Shown piece by piece: positions 59,101 through 64,000 of a DNA stretch of 64,000 nucleotides; the first letter of the stretch is position 1; the number at the start of each line of letters is the position of its first letter. This stretch comes from an uncultured virus (IMG/VR IMGVR_UViG_3300022602_000034) (Duplodnaviria > Heunggongvirae > Uroviricota > Caudoviricetes): the IMG/VR virus record IMGVR_UViG_3300022602_000034. The stretch is one strand, 5' to 3'. The position numbers were made by a program, and so were the translations under genes. The notes below the pieces were generated by a model. The model had not been told where the DNA came from and did not search any database. It saw only the letters and a program-made list of their open reading frames with translations.

Positions 59101-60655
59101 TACTGTAGATTGGTTTAATAGAGTTATCACATTGAATATACCAATTGACGTATCTCAGTCATTGATGGTTGAGGTATATGAAGTTGGTAACGGTGTTGAG
59201 TTAACTCGAGGTAATTCTGATTTGATACCGTTCCGTGTTGATAATGTTACTGGTCATAGTATGATTTTGTTGGATGTATTATTTCAATCGCTTGAAACTG
59301 ATCCATTGATCTTTGTACAAACTACTACAAGTAATACTAAGTTAGTGAGAGGTGTTGATTATGATCTATTACCTTACGAGACTGGATCAGGTAGTCAACC
59401 TATGCGAATTCAATTCAACACAGCATATGACCAATCTTCCACTAAGATTCTATACTCAGTATTCAGTGATTTAACTACACCTAATCACTCAACACCGTAT
59501 GGTTATTCTTATCCACAGACACAAACATTCCGTGGTGCATCAGGTGGAAGCCTTACATATACATTGACGTTACCTACATCGGGGTTGAATGCCGCTAACG
59601 GCATTGTGGAAATTGATGGCATCAGACAAGTTCCTGGAACTGCGTACTCAATTAGCGGATCAACATTAACATTTACAACTTCTATTGATGATTCACGTTT
59701 GATTGCATATACTTCATACTATGATACAAGTAGATTATTTGCATCAACGACTACAGCAACAGCATCACACAACGGTAATTTGGTGATAACTGTTCCTTAT
59801 CCAACAGTACCTAACCCAATGCCCAATATGACATATACTGATGAAACTAAATCATGGGTGACATTAAACGGAAGACGTTTGCCATCTACAGCATATATCT
59901 ATGGTGCTAGCAACCAATTAACTGTTTATGGATTATATAACGGTGACAAAGTTATTGTAACTGCGTTTGTTGACGGTGGAAGTCCTAACCCATCAGGCTT
60001 CAAGTTACTAGTTGATAAGACAGGTGTACAGTCAGCTTATAGAGCAAATCCAACTGATAGAACTTGGTTAACAGTTGATCTCGGGTTAACTGATACCGAA
60101 ATGTTTGTAAATGATATTTCTAAACTAGTTGAAGAAATATCAGTCACTAAAACTGTTACTCAAATTAGTTCTTTGATTAATAGTTACAACGACAGTGATA
60201 TTGGTTTCTTGACTGATTTCGACACCAATGCTATTACGTATGTTACGGCATTTAATATTAATAAAGGAACCACAATTCCAGCAGAGAATATTAAATTTGA
60301 AAGATTCTTGGGATCATACGGTATTTCGTTTGATGACCCAAATACTGCTGTCAACGATGTTGTTAAATTAACTGTATATGTTGGTAATTTATTAGAAACT
60401 AATGGCGAAAGAATCCAATTTGCTAGTGTTGATCCTTCAACAAATATCATTTCAGGATTGACTAGAAACGCACAAAATACAGTTACTACTACACATCATC
60501 AATATGATTATGTTTATAGTCTAAGTCCTGCTAGAAAACTTGACCCAAGTCAGCTTTCTGTGTTGTGGAATAGTTCTAACTATGTTGCGTTTGGTGACCC
60601 ATTATCAGTTAGCACAACAACTGCGGCTGAATTCTTAAATTCCGGAAATAGATAA
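44168..60655 (+). CDS. Giant (5495 aa) baseplate wedge protein, gp7-like position, multi-domain
   Basis: Follows gp6. RTLDFLPEIFQT N-terminus, YLNEIKPYH motif, FG-GAP-like and Asp-box repeats. Confidence 0.7.
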   Translation: MATIRTLDFLPEIFQTTPNQQFLSSTLDVLVQQPDFNRVQGFIGSKFGYGVNSTDQYISEPTSIRKNYQLEPAIVFTKTGTNKAVDLLTYPGTIDALKHNGSITDNHNLLFSSEFYSWDSFVDLDKMINYSQYYWIPEGPEPVTVTNTQIYSQLNYQVTDNILDYSFTTNKFNITQTNPDITLVRGGTYEFVVNQATNFWIQTEPGISGIDSTKSNISTREVFGVTNNGLADGTITFNVPNADDQDSMIYPVGLEVDLACNLTVEQVDGLLASDVIIDSVSFLNNKTVIFTEISPTSTSTINGQSIEVNKYYYQITYLVGVDGTTTTKLTPVGLIPDNQAIVIKSGTQYIGRQFVKNSYDYISLVPIITASYDTLYYQDGTDPTKFGKIKLINSNISVILDVNDIIGKATYTSPNGITFTNGLKVQFQGNVVPQKYLTDLYYVEGVGTSIVLVPESELTVPENYSQTLTTAFDDTTHGFDALPFSESFFLPVTPDYLTINRGALNRNAWSRSNRWFHTDVLKMSISNNLIAPLASAALSSSSSMAKRPILEFYPNLKLFNYGSVARGSVNYIDFNTTDAFTQVAGQVSYMPDGNTSSINDGTKIIFAADSNPDVRNKIYEAQIEAIDDSSKVTLTTVLARGYSQVRFAIPHQVVPPTVGRYYFVTNNSNVNYNGSYIVTDSTQTSVTLLYPADPGTFGTGTTTMVVQPEIVLAPIAEINFNDMVSVLAGDSNAGLSFYFNGLNWIQTQQKTTVNQAPLFDLFDYLGNSLGEQDYYPSSDFVGCTLLEYKRGTGTNDSILGFPISYTSVSNLGDVEFNISLNSATFNYSLNNVSTTALVKTAYVYDYSSNINFTRNIGWQTAVDTSYQNQVFDLQYTGVPYIPTFTLDIAMKDPTSTKWPTIVVYVDNSRIDSSQYTVSTTSDSTTVTLTTIPAIGTPVVIMLYSDQVSKIGYYEIPTTMESNPFNQAIGLITLGDVRGHYKSICNNISNLSGSAFGANNFRDLGNLVPYGTRIIQNSAPLVLPAAFIRNNDFNFFSAASYNAYEYDKFKNLMVASINTLQLDLTQSTATLLDDIIGNITASGTESSPFFWSDMLPSKTPTVSNTYSFKTNLPISYFQLSQVYNFTTANYNSVLVYLTRTVEAQGTTVTQLIRDVDYIVSPTTARLEIISDLLPNDIITINEYSQTYGNFVPSTPTKLGLYPAFLPELVLDDTYSTPTYFIRGHDGSQTKLYGDYANGLLTDLRDKVLFEYEMRVYNNLKVAVSTPINMDEIIPGMNRDVGYTPEQFLAAYSPKFLSWVGINRVDYSTQYYDAHNEKTWNYSGSGLKSNNSKLTQGNWRGIYLWLYDTTYPHTRPWEMLGLYVKPTWWDSYYGAAPYTSENLVMWTDISKGYVYNDGNPYVNQKRIRPNLLSMIPVDNQGNLVYPFNGIVGSYDFNKFKNSWNVGDMGPTEFAYRTSSSWPFDLVQLTALLRPAKFFTYNIDLDVYAYSQEFSQWLVYNRLRTNIGDPTNLLNFYGTDTTSAEHSYLNWIIDYQKQFGMNGTSQIVNLFTNADVRLAYRMAGFSDKSHLQFSLEMSSTNTNSLLIPDDSYSVFLYNNQPTDTLVYSSIIIQITQNGYKVYGNKQFNSYFSACLPKLGIYDTITVNTNSVQIPRNFDATSSQVYPYGAEFYSIQDLLTFVKGYGVYLESQGFQFNNIENGIVLSWDQMLNEILYWITTGWTVGSTISINPGTSQLVVDNGQSIVQPLTLQKDNFILNQNLLPIAINDLAITRSDTKLSVQTLNSGDSISLFNATVSTIEHVIVFDNTTLFGDLIYNPVTGLRQQRIFLRGSKSANWNGSLNAAGFILAQDNINDWQANTKYVKGTVVNYKNSYWMANVDVVQPSATFDNKYWDQTTYDMVQQNMLPNPSTKSVESIKFYNPNQANLANDADLLSFSLIGYRPRPYLSDADFDDPSQVNLYKSMIESKGTNQAAQGLNGIQINNNELSYTVHENWAIKNSEYSGLNNHNFIQVTLDKSKLTGNPAIVSVVGDTNVEGSQQQIPLNQVKNYARNISNTNILATLSESSIVGRIPTAGYVNVDDVVELGYNVASLPNGSIYAIYRGDYIWLANVNGSWDVYTPLPTNIAVTNIINNLNGTITVNFSGAHNLQVSQIVGILNFDSRVDGYYTVKAINNLTSIVVTSNLVKTTSVVNGYGAFFLLQSQRVITSRDIVGLPLNNQEFDTNLVWVDENQNGEWTVYSKTPNYLHNELPKTRSNNAFTTIKFGTAVANVPVLGYVVGDAADNKIYHYLDSINGDGTFFTDYFLSYKDGWYNPATNQTETVAAFGSVIVYSDEVMVVSSPDDTYTNNHIFIYRIPSESNIRYPVLEQVINLPSGVDGDGNPYHVKAGYAMAISGDSNVLYVGAKNKQGDYGASEYLLSFARDPNLEFTNLGFVLAQPTTLNKNSFVIFGNALSSITEGQRVSFITFYLQVGILAINAIQNNNYFVCEGDVSQNIYTGIQVSFSNTGTAGDQLYTVTHTSYDPDANTTTVYTEEIIAVTTYNGTIVYAASFSQDIIYTVVTGLYENTLVNDYTGDGVTVGFRLAHISTPNTVRNSANTVVKINNTVQATSTYSFTGNYITFNTAPSNNASIDITTTINCTTFFIVGTMQHISLAGAAVYHSHINYQLVGAAQPPVVNFGDNFGASIATNYDGTRVFVGSPNASFTTTDNVHTISNVGRVWVADAIIENYQIKYDQNINTPFFALTVAWIPTANSIVLWNGTPLPTTKYIIIPGNAQTNVGTVILIGPVGLKAGDILTFRSYNLVFSQFLMKSTNYADLRPGELFGASVACNKWASEVMVGVPNGVVDNDQEGAVIRFTCEGRKFGTMSALVAADSFQPTYIYINGFVVNLFLSVDSTSSFTHGSTTISVSPDIAARMPQIGILTIQNIYSNNYTMEYTSVNLTTGVITLAIAFATDLTSSAYPSGVWPASDLQVVIPLGDAADIAYVINQTNIVNVFAGTDNEDRLIISLIDTTLGQSENKLNVMALNGNVITEMGMSLYTKTQTISNPHPQHNSLFGTVVKFNETGSIAVSAPVTDRFLKTTFDYDYTMDIHSQTAFDSNLTEFIDSFDRAGAVYIFDYIPCYNESLLNLSNYIYAQPCHDTVQDYGTLPMYGNALDFRDNLLMIGAPNFKLDTAGGKVVMYRNSIGTSNWTTYRYPDSIVDISKVQKVQLFDNTNDKTLLSLDYIDPLQGKFLGAVAENIDYTTSIDPAGYNSANYNKGKIVWNKNQVGSIWFDVSTSRFLDYHQNDVSYNSKYWGQTFPGSSVDVYTWVESLNPPNLYKDTTGTPYDVSKYAVTFVTDANHAIVPMYYYWVKNTNKLYALQGKTLSDYTISQYIANPTNSGIAFMVPLRSNTYGIYNANNYINGLTTNLHIGFSTSTNDTPAHIDYKLIRTDYPEDFLSGFPDAKRGNPDPTGVYEKLIDSFAGSDSFGAVVPDPILPKMLQIGTNIRPRQSMFVDRFAALKNFIEFTNNIIVNYPISEIENLTLLSEYSDTFDTRIYWEYTYWYATGYSSTTKTNLEVQTYSDLLTFSAYEGMIVGVAKNGKGKREIYVYTNSVWNRVGLQDGTINFLSSLYDYANNKIGFGNDFFDASGFDAHPTVESRYIVRGIFEQIFVNDLFAYRNKALILMFEFISSESVSSNGYLPWLNKTSFADITYNVRTLAQDTKYRSDNLGLLEGYLNEIKPYHVVIKEFTLEYSALDTITGTISDFDLPTFFDSNLGRFVSPQLTFKGPTNSFEYQDSDPIWSSSPEFIRWHDNFGLSLVDSPDVVVAFVNQYLRPNDTVLYVDNARGMPVEGIILVDSELISYTGIDRENGILTGLNRGLNATQPTFHIPGVQIIMDIPSVTLLNEGRGYTFIPNIVAYIDTTIYPAPSIPAVLSPIMSGDKVIGITINDPGQGYVVLPEIIIDPSITFAFSTSAINNNGFIVLGTSEFNTGDLVRSVGSGTNGLTFIPDGNYYINVFYQQVTGLSLISFHKSYGDSLRKVNPITFTPVENLSSGYTHSIGVCAYAVVYANNSQVRGFRTTLKFDRTSYRSTVVPWTPNQYWSSAFHNASSSVNTDRTLGYSATYTIGLDASTVSPLGGSGATFTVLNWVEAGIYEASLTTGGSGYNSGAWVSSWTLTQALSNFTGSIITISGLHLEGSSANNCYIFVTSVNGSGKILTYQVLGTPATVDTTSLQSAVLPILGLQSSGTGGAVISVDYSYSRLLPGQVNGTQLYFYRVHAGYLFTDTGGAQFMVTRPTFNDGKIINNYTVTLIAGGTGYTQGQTLRVLGSYLGGTNYTNDAIIQIIQVNNDSSVYLVSVTGTPVNDFQQYYVKAINDSQLGIYFDPTLKVEVPSSSFIWDGSTSYTSNGYGYPGTDYAFLPEPLYSNMNFGYSTRSLTSYANTIWQCIETNHDSYFDPTKWVPISQSDFGLNALDRIEGFYQPSFDMPAKDIQQLLKGVTYPNPTYYGNKFSATDQLPLDATLVDRPFYPVDPNIKSIINDNSQYLAVVDTPTKTVIIRSADSTIWYTTTLSEIPLGVTSIASHDLITTDPGTGIAHHQYTYVITTNTSTSGLMVSFDLGNWLTIGSQENYDDLRYDIGEFDVSAITAPTIPLQKVKYLNGAFYAVGTQIISSTDALKWNTLYQFNSRLTNVLNDIDYVNIPAYIGYIAVGLGSQIISGINTSAPIINPITRIITSIDGVTWNTHPIGLSQYALTGVTHGNSLIVIVGDNAQIFYSVNSYNWSAATIAGTTITAKINSVAYGNNLFVAVGNKTGTEASDPGLILKSSDGKTWVQESNSSITTENLHNVTFDGNFFYAVGDNDTILRSIDGISWVSQSSLASEDPTYIVKGNDFLFGYGPEELVPGIVSDAISMQVNTAPSAYWDIDNTGLQWYKNSGFSMTQVLGRPDANNQFSFNGVVINPIQIAVFYYDPTYAGYTRVYENITVSPNNPYTYTVDWFNRVITLNIPIDVSQSLMVEVYEVGNGVELTRGNSDLIPFRVDNVTGHSMILLDVLFQSLETDPLIFVQTTTSNTKLVRGVDYDLLPYETGSGSQPMRIQFNTAYDQSSTKILYSVFSDLTTPNHSTPYGYSYPQTQTFRGASGGSLTYTLTLPTSGLNAANGIVEIDGIRQVPGTAYSISGSTLTFTTSIDDSRLIAYTSYYDTSRLFASTTTATASHNGNLVITVPYPTVPNPMPNMTYTDETKSWVTLNGRRLPSTAYIYGASNQLTVYGLYNGDKVIVTAFVDGGSPNPSGFKLLVDKTGVQSAYRANPTDRTWLTVDLGLTDTEMFVNDISKLVEEISVTKTVTQISSLINSYNDSDIGFLTDFDTNAITYVTAFNINKGTTIPAENIKFERFLGSYGISFDDPNTAVNDVVKLTVYVGNLLETNGERIQFASVDPSTNIISGLTRNAQNTVTTTHHQYDYVYSLSPARKLDPSQLSVLWNSSNYVAFGDPLSVSTTTAAEFLNSGNR

Positions 60656-60657
60656 GA

Positions 60658-60665
60658 GATAAATA
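60658..60665 (+). promoter_or_regulatory. Late promoter GATAAATA
   Basis: Right after the stop of the giant gene and 7 nt before ATG 60673. Confidence 0.6.
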
Positions 60666-60672
60666 ATAGATT

Positions 60673-60837
60673 ATGAATTCCGAGAACAAAGATACAAATC
60701 AGCAGAAAACAACAAATCCCCCGGTTCGTGAATCGGGAGGTTTTAACGAACTTTCAGGCATTTATTTTAGTTCAAGTATTAAGATATTCGATCCTAATAC
60801 CAATGAAGTATTAGTACACAAACGAGGCGACAATTAA
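60673..60837 (+). CDS. Small 54-aa protein missing from the ORF track
   Basis: MNSENKDTNQQKTTNPPVRESGGFNELSGIYFSSSIKIFDPNTNEVLVHKRGDN. It fills the gap exactly and has a TAATG overlap with the next gene. Confidence 0.7.
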   Translation: MNSENKDTNQQKTTNPPVRESGGFNELSGIYFSSSIKIFDPNTNEVLVHKRGDN

Positions 60838-61457
60838 TGTTAAACAACTTGCTACCCATTTCAATTAGGGGTTTTTTAAAGATTCACGACCCAAACAACG
60901 GGGAAGTCTTTGTAGATAAAGACAATGCGATCCATTATGAGAATATAAGTATTGGTATTGCAAATTCATTATCCAATAGAGGTACAGGAACTATCTATAA
61001 GATGGCTTTTGGTAACGGTGGTTCAAGTATTGACCAAACCGGTATCATTACATATTTGCCACCGAACACAGTAGGTACAAATGCTAGTTTGTACAATCAA
61101 ACATATGACAAAGTGGTTGATGACACAAATATTTTAAATACAAACCCATCTAGAAACAAGATGACGATTAGCCATCTTTCAGGAAAAGTTTATACAGATA
61201 TTGTCATTCAATGTTTGTTAGATTACGGTGAACCATCTGGTCAAATGGCATTTGACAATAGCACATCAGTAAACAGTCCATACGTTTTTGACGAATTGGG
61301 TATTTTGGGCTATTATGGAACAGACAATTCAGGTAACATATTGACTCAATTAATGACTCATGTTATCTTTCACCCAGTGCAAAAAGCATTGAATCGTCAA
61401 ATACAGATTGATTACACAATCAGAATTCAGACCCTAACTAACTTGGTTACGGTTTAA
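60837..61457 (+). CDS. Virion structural protein (baseplate/fibre attachment, putative)
   Basis: 206 aa, MAFGNGG, LLDYGEP, YVFDELG, THVIFHPVQK. Sits between wedge and fibre genes. Confidence 0.6.
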   Translation: MLNNLLPISIRGFLKIHDPNNGEVFVDKDNAIHYENISIGIANSLSNRGTGTIYKMAFGNGGSSIDQTGIITYLPPNTVGTNASLYNQTYDKVVDDTNILNTNPSRNKMTISHLSGKVYTDIVIQCLLDYGEPSGQMAFDNSTSVNSPYVFDELGILGYYGTDNSGNILTQLMTHVIFHPVQKALNRQIQIDYTIRIQTLTNLVTV

Positions 61458-61465
61458 GATAAATA
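61458..61465 (+). promoter_or_regulatory. Late promoter GATAAATA
   Basis: Intergenic, followed by GGAG SD and ATG 61486. Confidence 0.65.
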
Positions 61466-61485
61466 TAAGATATCGGAGCATTTAA

Positions 61486-62697
61486 ATGTCATATACAATC
61501 ATAAGAAGCGATAATTCAACGGTTCTTACAACTATTCAAGACGGTACAATTAATACAACTAGTACTAGTCTGGGACTTCCTGGACGCAACTATGCAGGTT
61601 ATGGTCAATCTTTAGACACTAACTTTGTGAGAATGTTGGAGAATTTCGCAAATGATACTCCTCCTTCAAACCCACTAAAAGGTCAATTGTGGTTTAACAC
61701 AATTACAAATACATTAAATATTTGCCCAGCAGACGGTACAACCGTCGCGGGTAATTGGATTACATTAACTAGTGCTACAAGTGCAGGGGCAACAAGTTTG
61801 GGTAATGTTACTATCACCGGTGATATCGTAACATCAAACAATGCTAACGTTACTAATCTATTAACTGCTGGGACTATCACAGTTGGATCTGTGACAGTTT
61901 CTACTGGATTATCAACAAACATTGCAACTATTACTACTGCTAATGCAAACGTAGTTAATACTAGAATCGTTTCAACTGGTTCAAATGCTAATCCAGGTGT
62001 TTTGACAGGTAAATGGAACGTAGATGGCGTAGGTAATGCACTAACTGTAACATCAGGTAATATTGTTTTTGGTACTGGCTTTGGTATCAAATGCGGTAAC
62101 TACATGAATGCTGACGGTACACCATTCAACCCAACCGGTACATATAATAACGGTAATGTCAGTGATTTCTTAACTGGAGCAAATGCTATTACACAGTTTA
62201 CTGGTAACATTGCACCTACTCAAGTTACAACAACACGACTAGCAGGTGGAGGCACAATTCAAGGTGTGTGGACGTTAGAGACAGGATCACGCATCAATGC
62301 AACATATGCTGACTTGGCAGAACGCTTTGCAGCCGACGCTATATATGATGCAGGTACAGTCGTTGAAATTGGCGGTGATAAAGAAATTACTGCTGTTGAA
62401 ACTGATTTAAGCGAAGATGTATTCGGGGTTATTTCTACCACAGCTGGTTTCACTATGAACGGTGCTGCTGGTAGTGATGAAACACATCCATCAATCGCTG
62501 TATCAGGTCGTGTACCAGTTAAAGTAATTGGTAAAGTCAAAAAAGGTCAACGTTTGGTCAGTGCGGGTATTAGAGGATATGCTCGTGCTGCTAAGAGAGA
62601 AGAAATGACAGCATTTAACGTTATTGGTCGTGCTTTAGAAGATAAAACAGATATGACAGCCGGTGTTGTTCTTGCAGTAGTGTCAATCACTAAGTAA
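61486..62697 (+). CDS. Tail fibre protein with C-terminal intramolecular-chaperone (peptidase G2-like) domain
   Basis: N-terminal GRNYAGYG...NFVRMLENFANDTPPSNPLKGQLWF. C-terminal YADLAERF...GTVV...FGVIS...SGRVPVKVIGKVKKGQRLV...IGRALE. Confidence 0.72.
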   Translation: MSYTIIRSDNSTVLTTIQDGTINTTSTSLGLPGRNYAGYGQSLDTNFVRMLENFANDTPPSNPLKGQLWFNTITNTLNICPADGTTVAGNWITLTSATSAGATSLGNVTITGDIVTSNNANVTNLLTAGTITVGSVTVSTGLSTNIATITTANANVVNTRIVSTGSNANPGVLTGKWNVDGVGNALTVTSGNIVFGTGFGIKCGNYMNADGTPFNPTGTYNNGNVSDFLTGANAITQFTGNIAPTQVTTTRLAGGGTIQGVWTLETGSRINATYADLAERFAADAIYDAGTVVEIGGDKEITAVETDLSEDVFGVISTTAGFTMNGAAGSDETHPSIAVSGRVPVKVIGKVKKGQRLVSAGIRGYARAAKREEMTAFNVIGRALEDKTDMTAGVVLAVVSITK

Positions 62698-62706
62698 GGA
62701 TTTTAA

Positions 62707-63696
62707 ATGTCATACATAACCAATGGCTTAATTCAGGCTTCTGACTATAATACTTTTGCTACCCAGCTTAATACGTTATGGGCCACTGGTTCTGGACCTC
62801 AAGGGTTAGGTCAAACAGCTATTCCGTTAGTTACTAAAGGCAATGAAGTTACTGCATCACAATGGGATTCTATCCTCTCAGTGATATCTGCTTTGGCAGC
62901 ACAGCAAAGTCCTAGTTCTCAATATGTTACTCAACCAGATTACGTACCGTCAAACAGTGGTAGTGATGCACAGGCACTAATTAGATATATTTCTAGTATC
63001 TCAACTAACATCAGTACATTATCAAGCAACTATTTGAATGCGGCAAGTCAAGTATCAACTACTCCGGCTATAATTACATCAACTCAACGTTGGTCTAATC
63101 AAGCAGTTTATACATTTACTGTTCAATTCTCAAGTGGGGATGCAGCAAGATATTTCTTTAATGCAGGCGGACAATTAAAACTATCTATGTCGCATCCTAC
63201 TGGTACACCGTTGGATAGTATGTTTAGATTGTTATGCCAACAAATAGGTACATTGGTTATAAGTGCTCCTGGTTTAAGTCCATCAACTACACATATTGCA
63301 GGTGTGGATTATCAAGGACTTACACAAGTTATTACTCAACAAGGTGCAGTCCCTGATTCTTTCCTAGCACAAGCAGGATATTATGGACTAACCGCAGCAA
63401 GTACAGAAATATTCAAACAACGCATGGATACAGGTTTTTATTCTAATTATTTAGGTTCATCCATTACTGTACGTGCTAACACAAATGGTACACAAGGTGG
63501 GAATAATGACAATGGTAGCAGTGTTACTATTGAAGTTATTTGGAGTGAAATTCCACCAACACTGTTTGTAAGTGTGGGAACACAAATTGCGTTAACTATT
63601 GTAAGACCAGCACTATCTTCAGATTCTGGGTCATCTTCTCCATTGGTAAAAGCATGGGGAACATATTTAGTTCAAGCAAGTCAATCGTACATATAA
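62707..63696 (+). CDS. Virion structural protein (tail/fibre associated, putative)
   Basis: 329 aa, Ser/Thr/Gly-rich, IQASDYN and FSSGDAARYFFNAGG. AAGGA SD. Confidence 0.6.
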   Translation: MSYITNGLIQASDYNTFATQLNTLWATGSGPQGLGQTAIPLVTKGNEVTASQWDSILSVISALAAQQSPSSQYVTQPDYVPSNSGSDAQALIRYISSISTNISTLSSNYLNAASQVSTTPAIITSTQRWSNQAVYTFTVQFSSGDAARYFFNAGGQLKLSMSHPTGTPLDSMFRLLCQQIGTLVISAPGLSPSTTHIAGVDYQGLTQVITQQGAVPDSFLAQAGYYGLTAASTEIFKQRMDTGFYSNYLGSSITVRANTNGTQGGNNDNGSSVTIEVIWSEIPPTLFVSVGTQIALTIVRPALSSDSGSSSPLVKAWGTYLVQASQSYI

Positions 63697-63711
63697 AAAT
63701 AATGGTAAAGA

Positions 63712-63741
63712 TGTATCCATGTAAATATTCACATGGATACA
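63712..63741 (+). promoter_or_regulatory. 11-bp inverted repeat enclosing a late-promoter core and the next start codon
   Basis: TGTATCCATGT-AAATATTC-ACATGGATACA. TGTAAATA at 63720-63727, ATG at 63733. Confidence 0.65.
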
Positions 63742-64000
63742 AAAACTTTAATCGCAGATGCTAAAGCTCGTTTCAGCTTCAATGCATCTAAAACATACCT
63801 CAATGACAAATATACCAGCAAATTGATTTTTGCTGACCAAAATGGGTTATGGCGCGCTAGTGTAGAACTTATCTCATTGTTGAGTACGTTAGATGATGAT
63901 ATAATAATTCTGTTAGATGACTATAAAAATCCCATCAAAGTAAACAGGCCAACACTGTTAGCAAAAACAAAGAATGTATATACCAAAGTTATGGAAGATT
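63733..64000 (+). CDS. Hypothetical protein, truncated by the window edge
   Basis: Manual translation MDTKTLIADAKARFSFNASKTYLNDKYTSKLIFADQNGLWRASVELISLL...ILLDDYKNPIKVNRPTLL... is open to the end. Confidence 0.7.
   Translation, partial: MDTKTLIADAKARFSFNASKTYLNDKYTSKLIFADQNGLWRASVELISLLSTLDDDIIILLDDYKNPIKVNRPTLLAKTKNVYTKVMED

Overview
This AT-rich window is a fragment of a large, distantly T4-like myovirus genome and covers most of its virion morphogenesis region. It has two 100-N scaffold gaps (2251-2350 and 29947-30046). On the minus strand, from right to left, are a gp55-like late sigma factor, gp47/gp46 (Mre11/Rad50-like) with an inserted HxD...H oxygenase-like gene, and a PD-(D/E)XK resolvase-like nuclease. 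These are followed by a ~540-nt hairpin-rich non-coding interval, a tape-measure-like gene with a C-terminal Zn-peptidase motif, the head module (portal, two core proteins, protease, scaffold, major capsid), five paralogous Asn/Thr/Gly-rich fibre genes and two IPT/Ig adhesin genes. On the plus strand are a gp26/gp51-like pair and the baseplate module (gp54/48-, gp53-, hub-, gp5-, gp25- and gp6-like genes, a 5495-aa wedge protein, fibre genes). The main observations are: (1) a complete -1 frameshift cassette (T TTT TTC, 5-nt spacer, 15-bp hairpin) joining the gp26- and gp51-like ORFs beside the tape measure gene; (2) a candidate large structured RNA and/or origin directly behind the nuclease; (3) a capsid-linked fibre family with shared N-terminal peptides and C-terminal domains that suggests chained, branched assembly; (4) a degenerate NNTAAATA late-promoter regulon with apparently leaderless genes and a start-codon-sequestering hairpin. 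All product calls come from motif recognition and synteny; no database searches were run.
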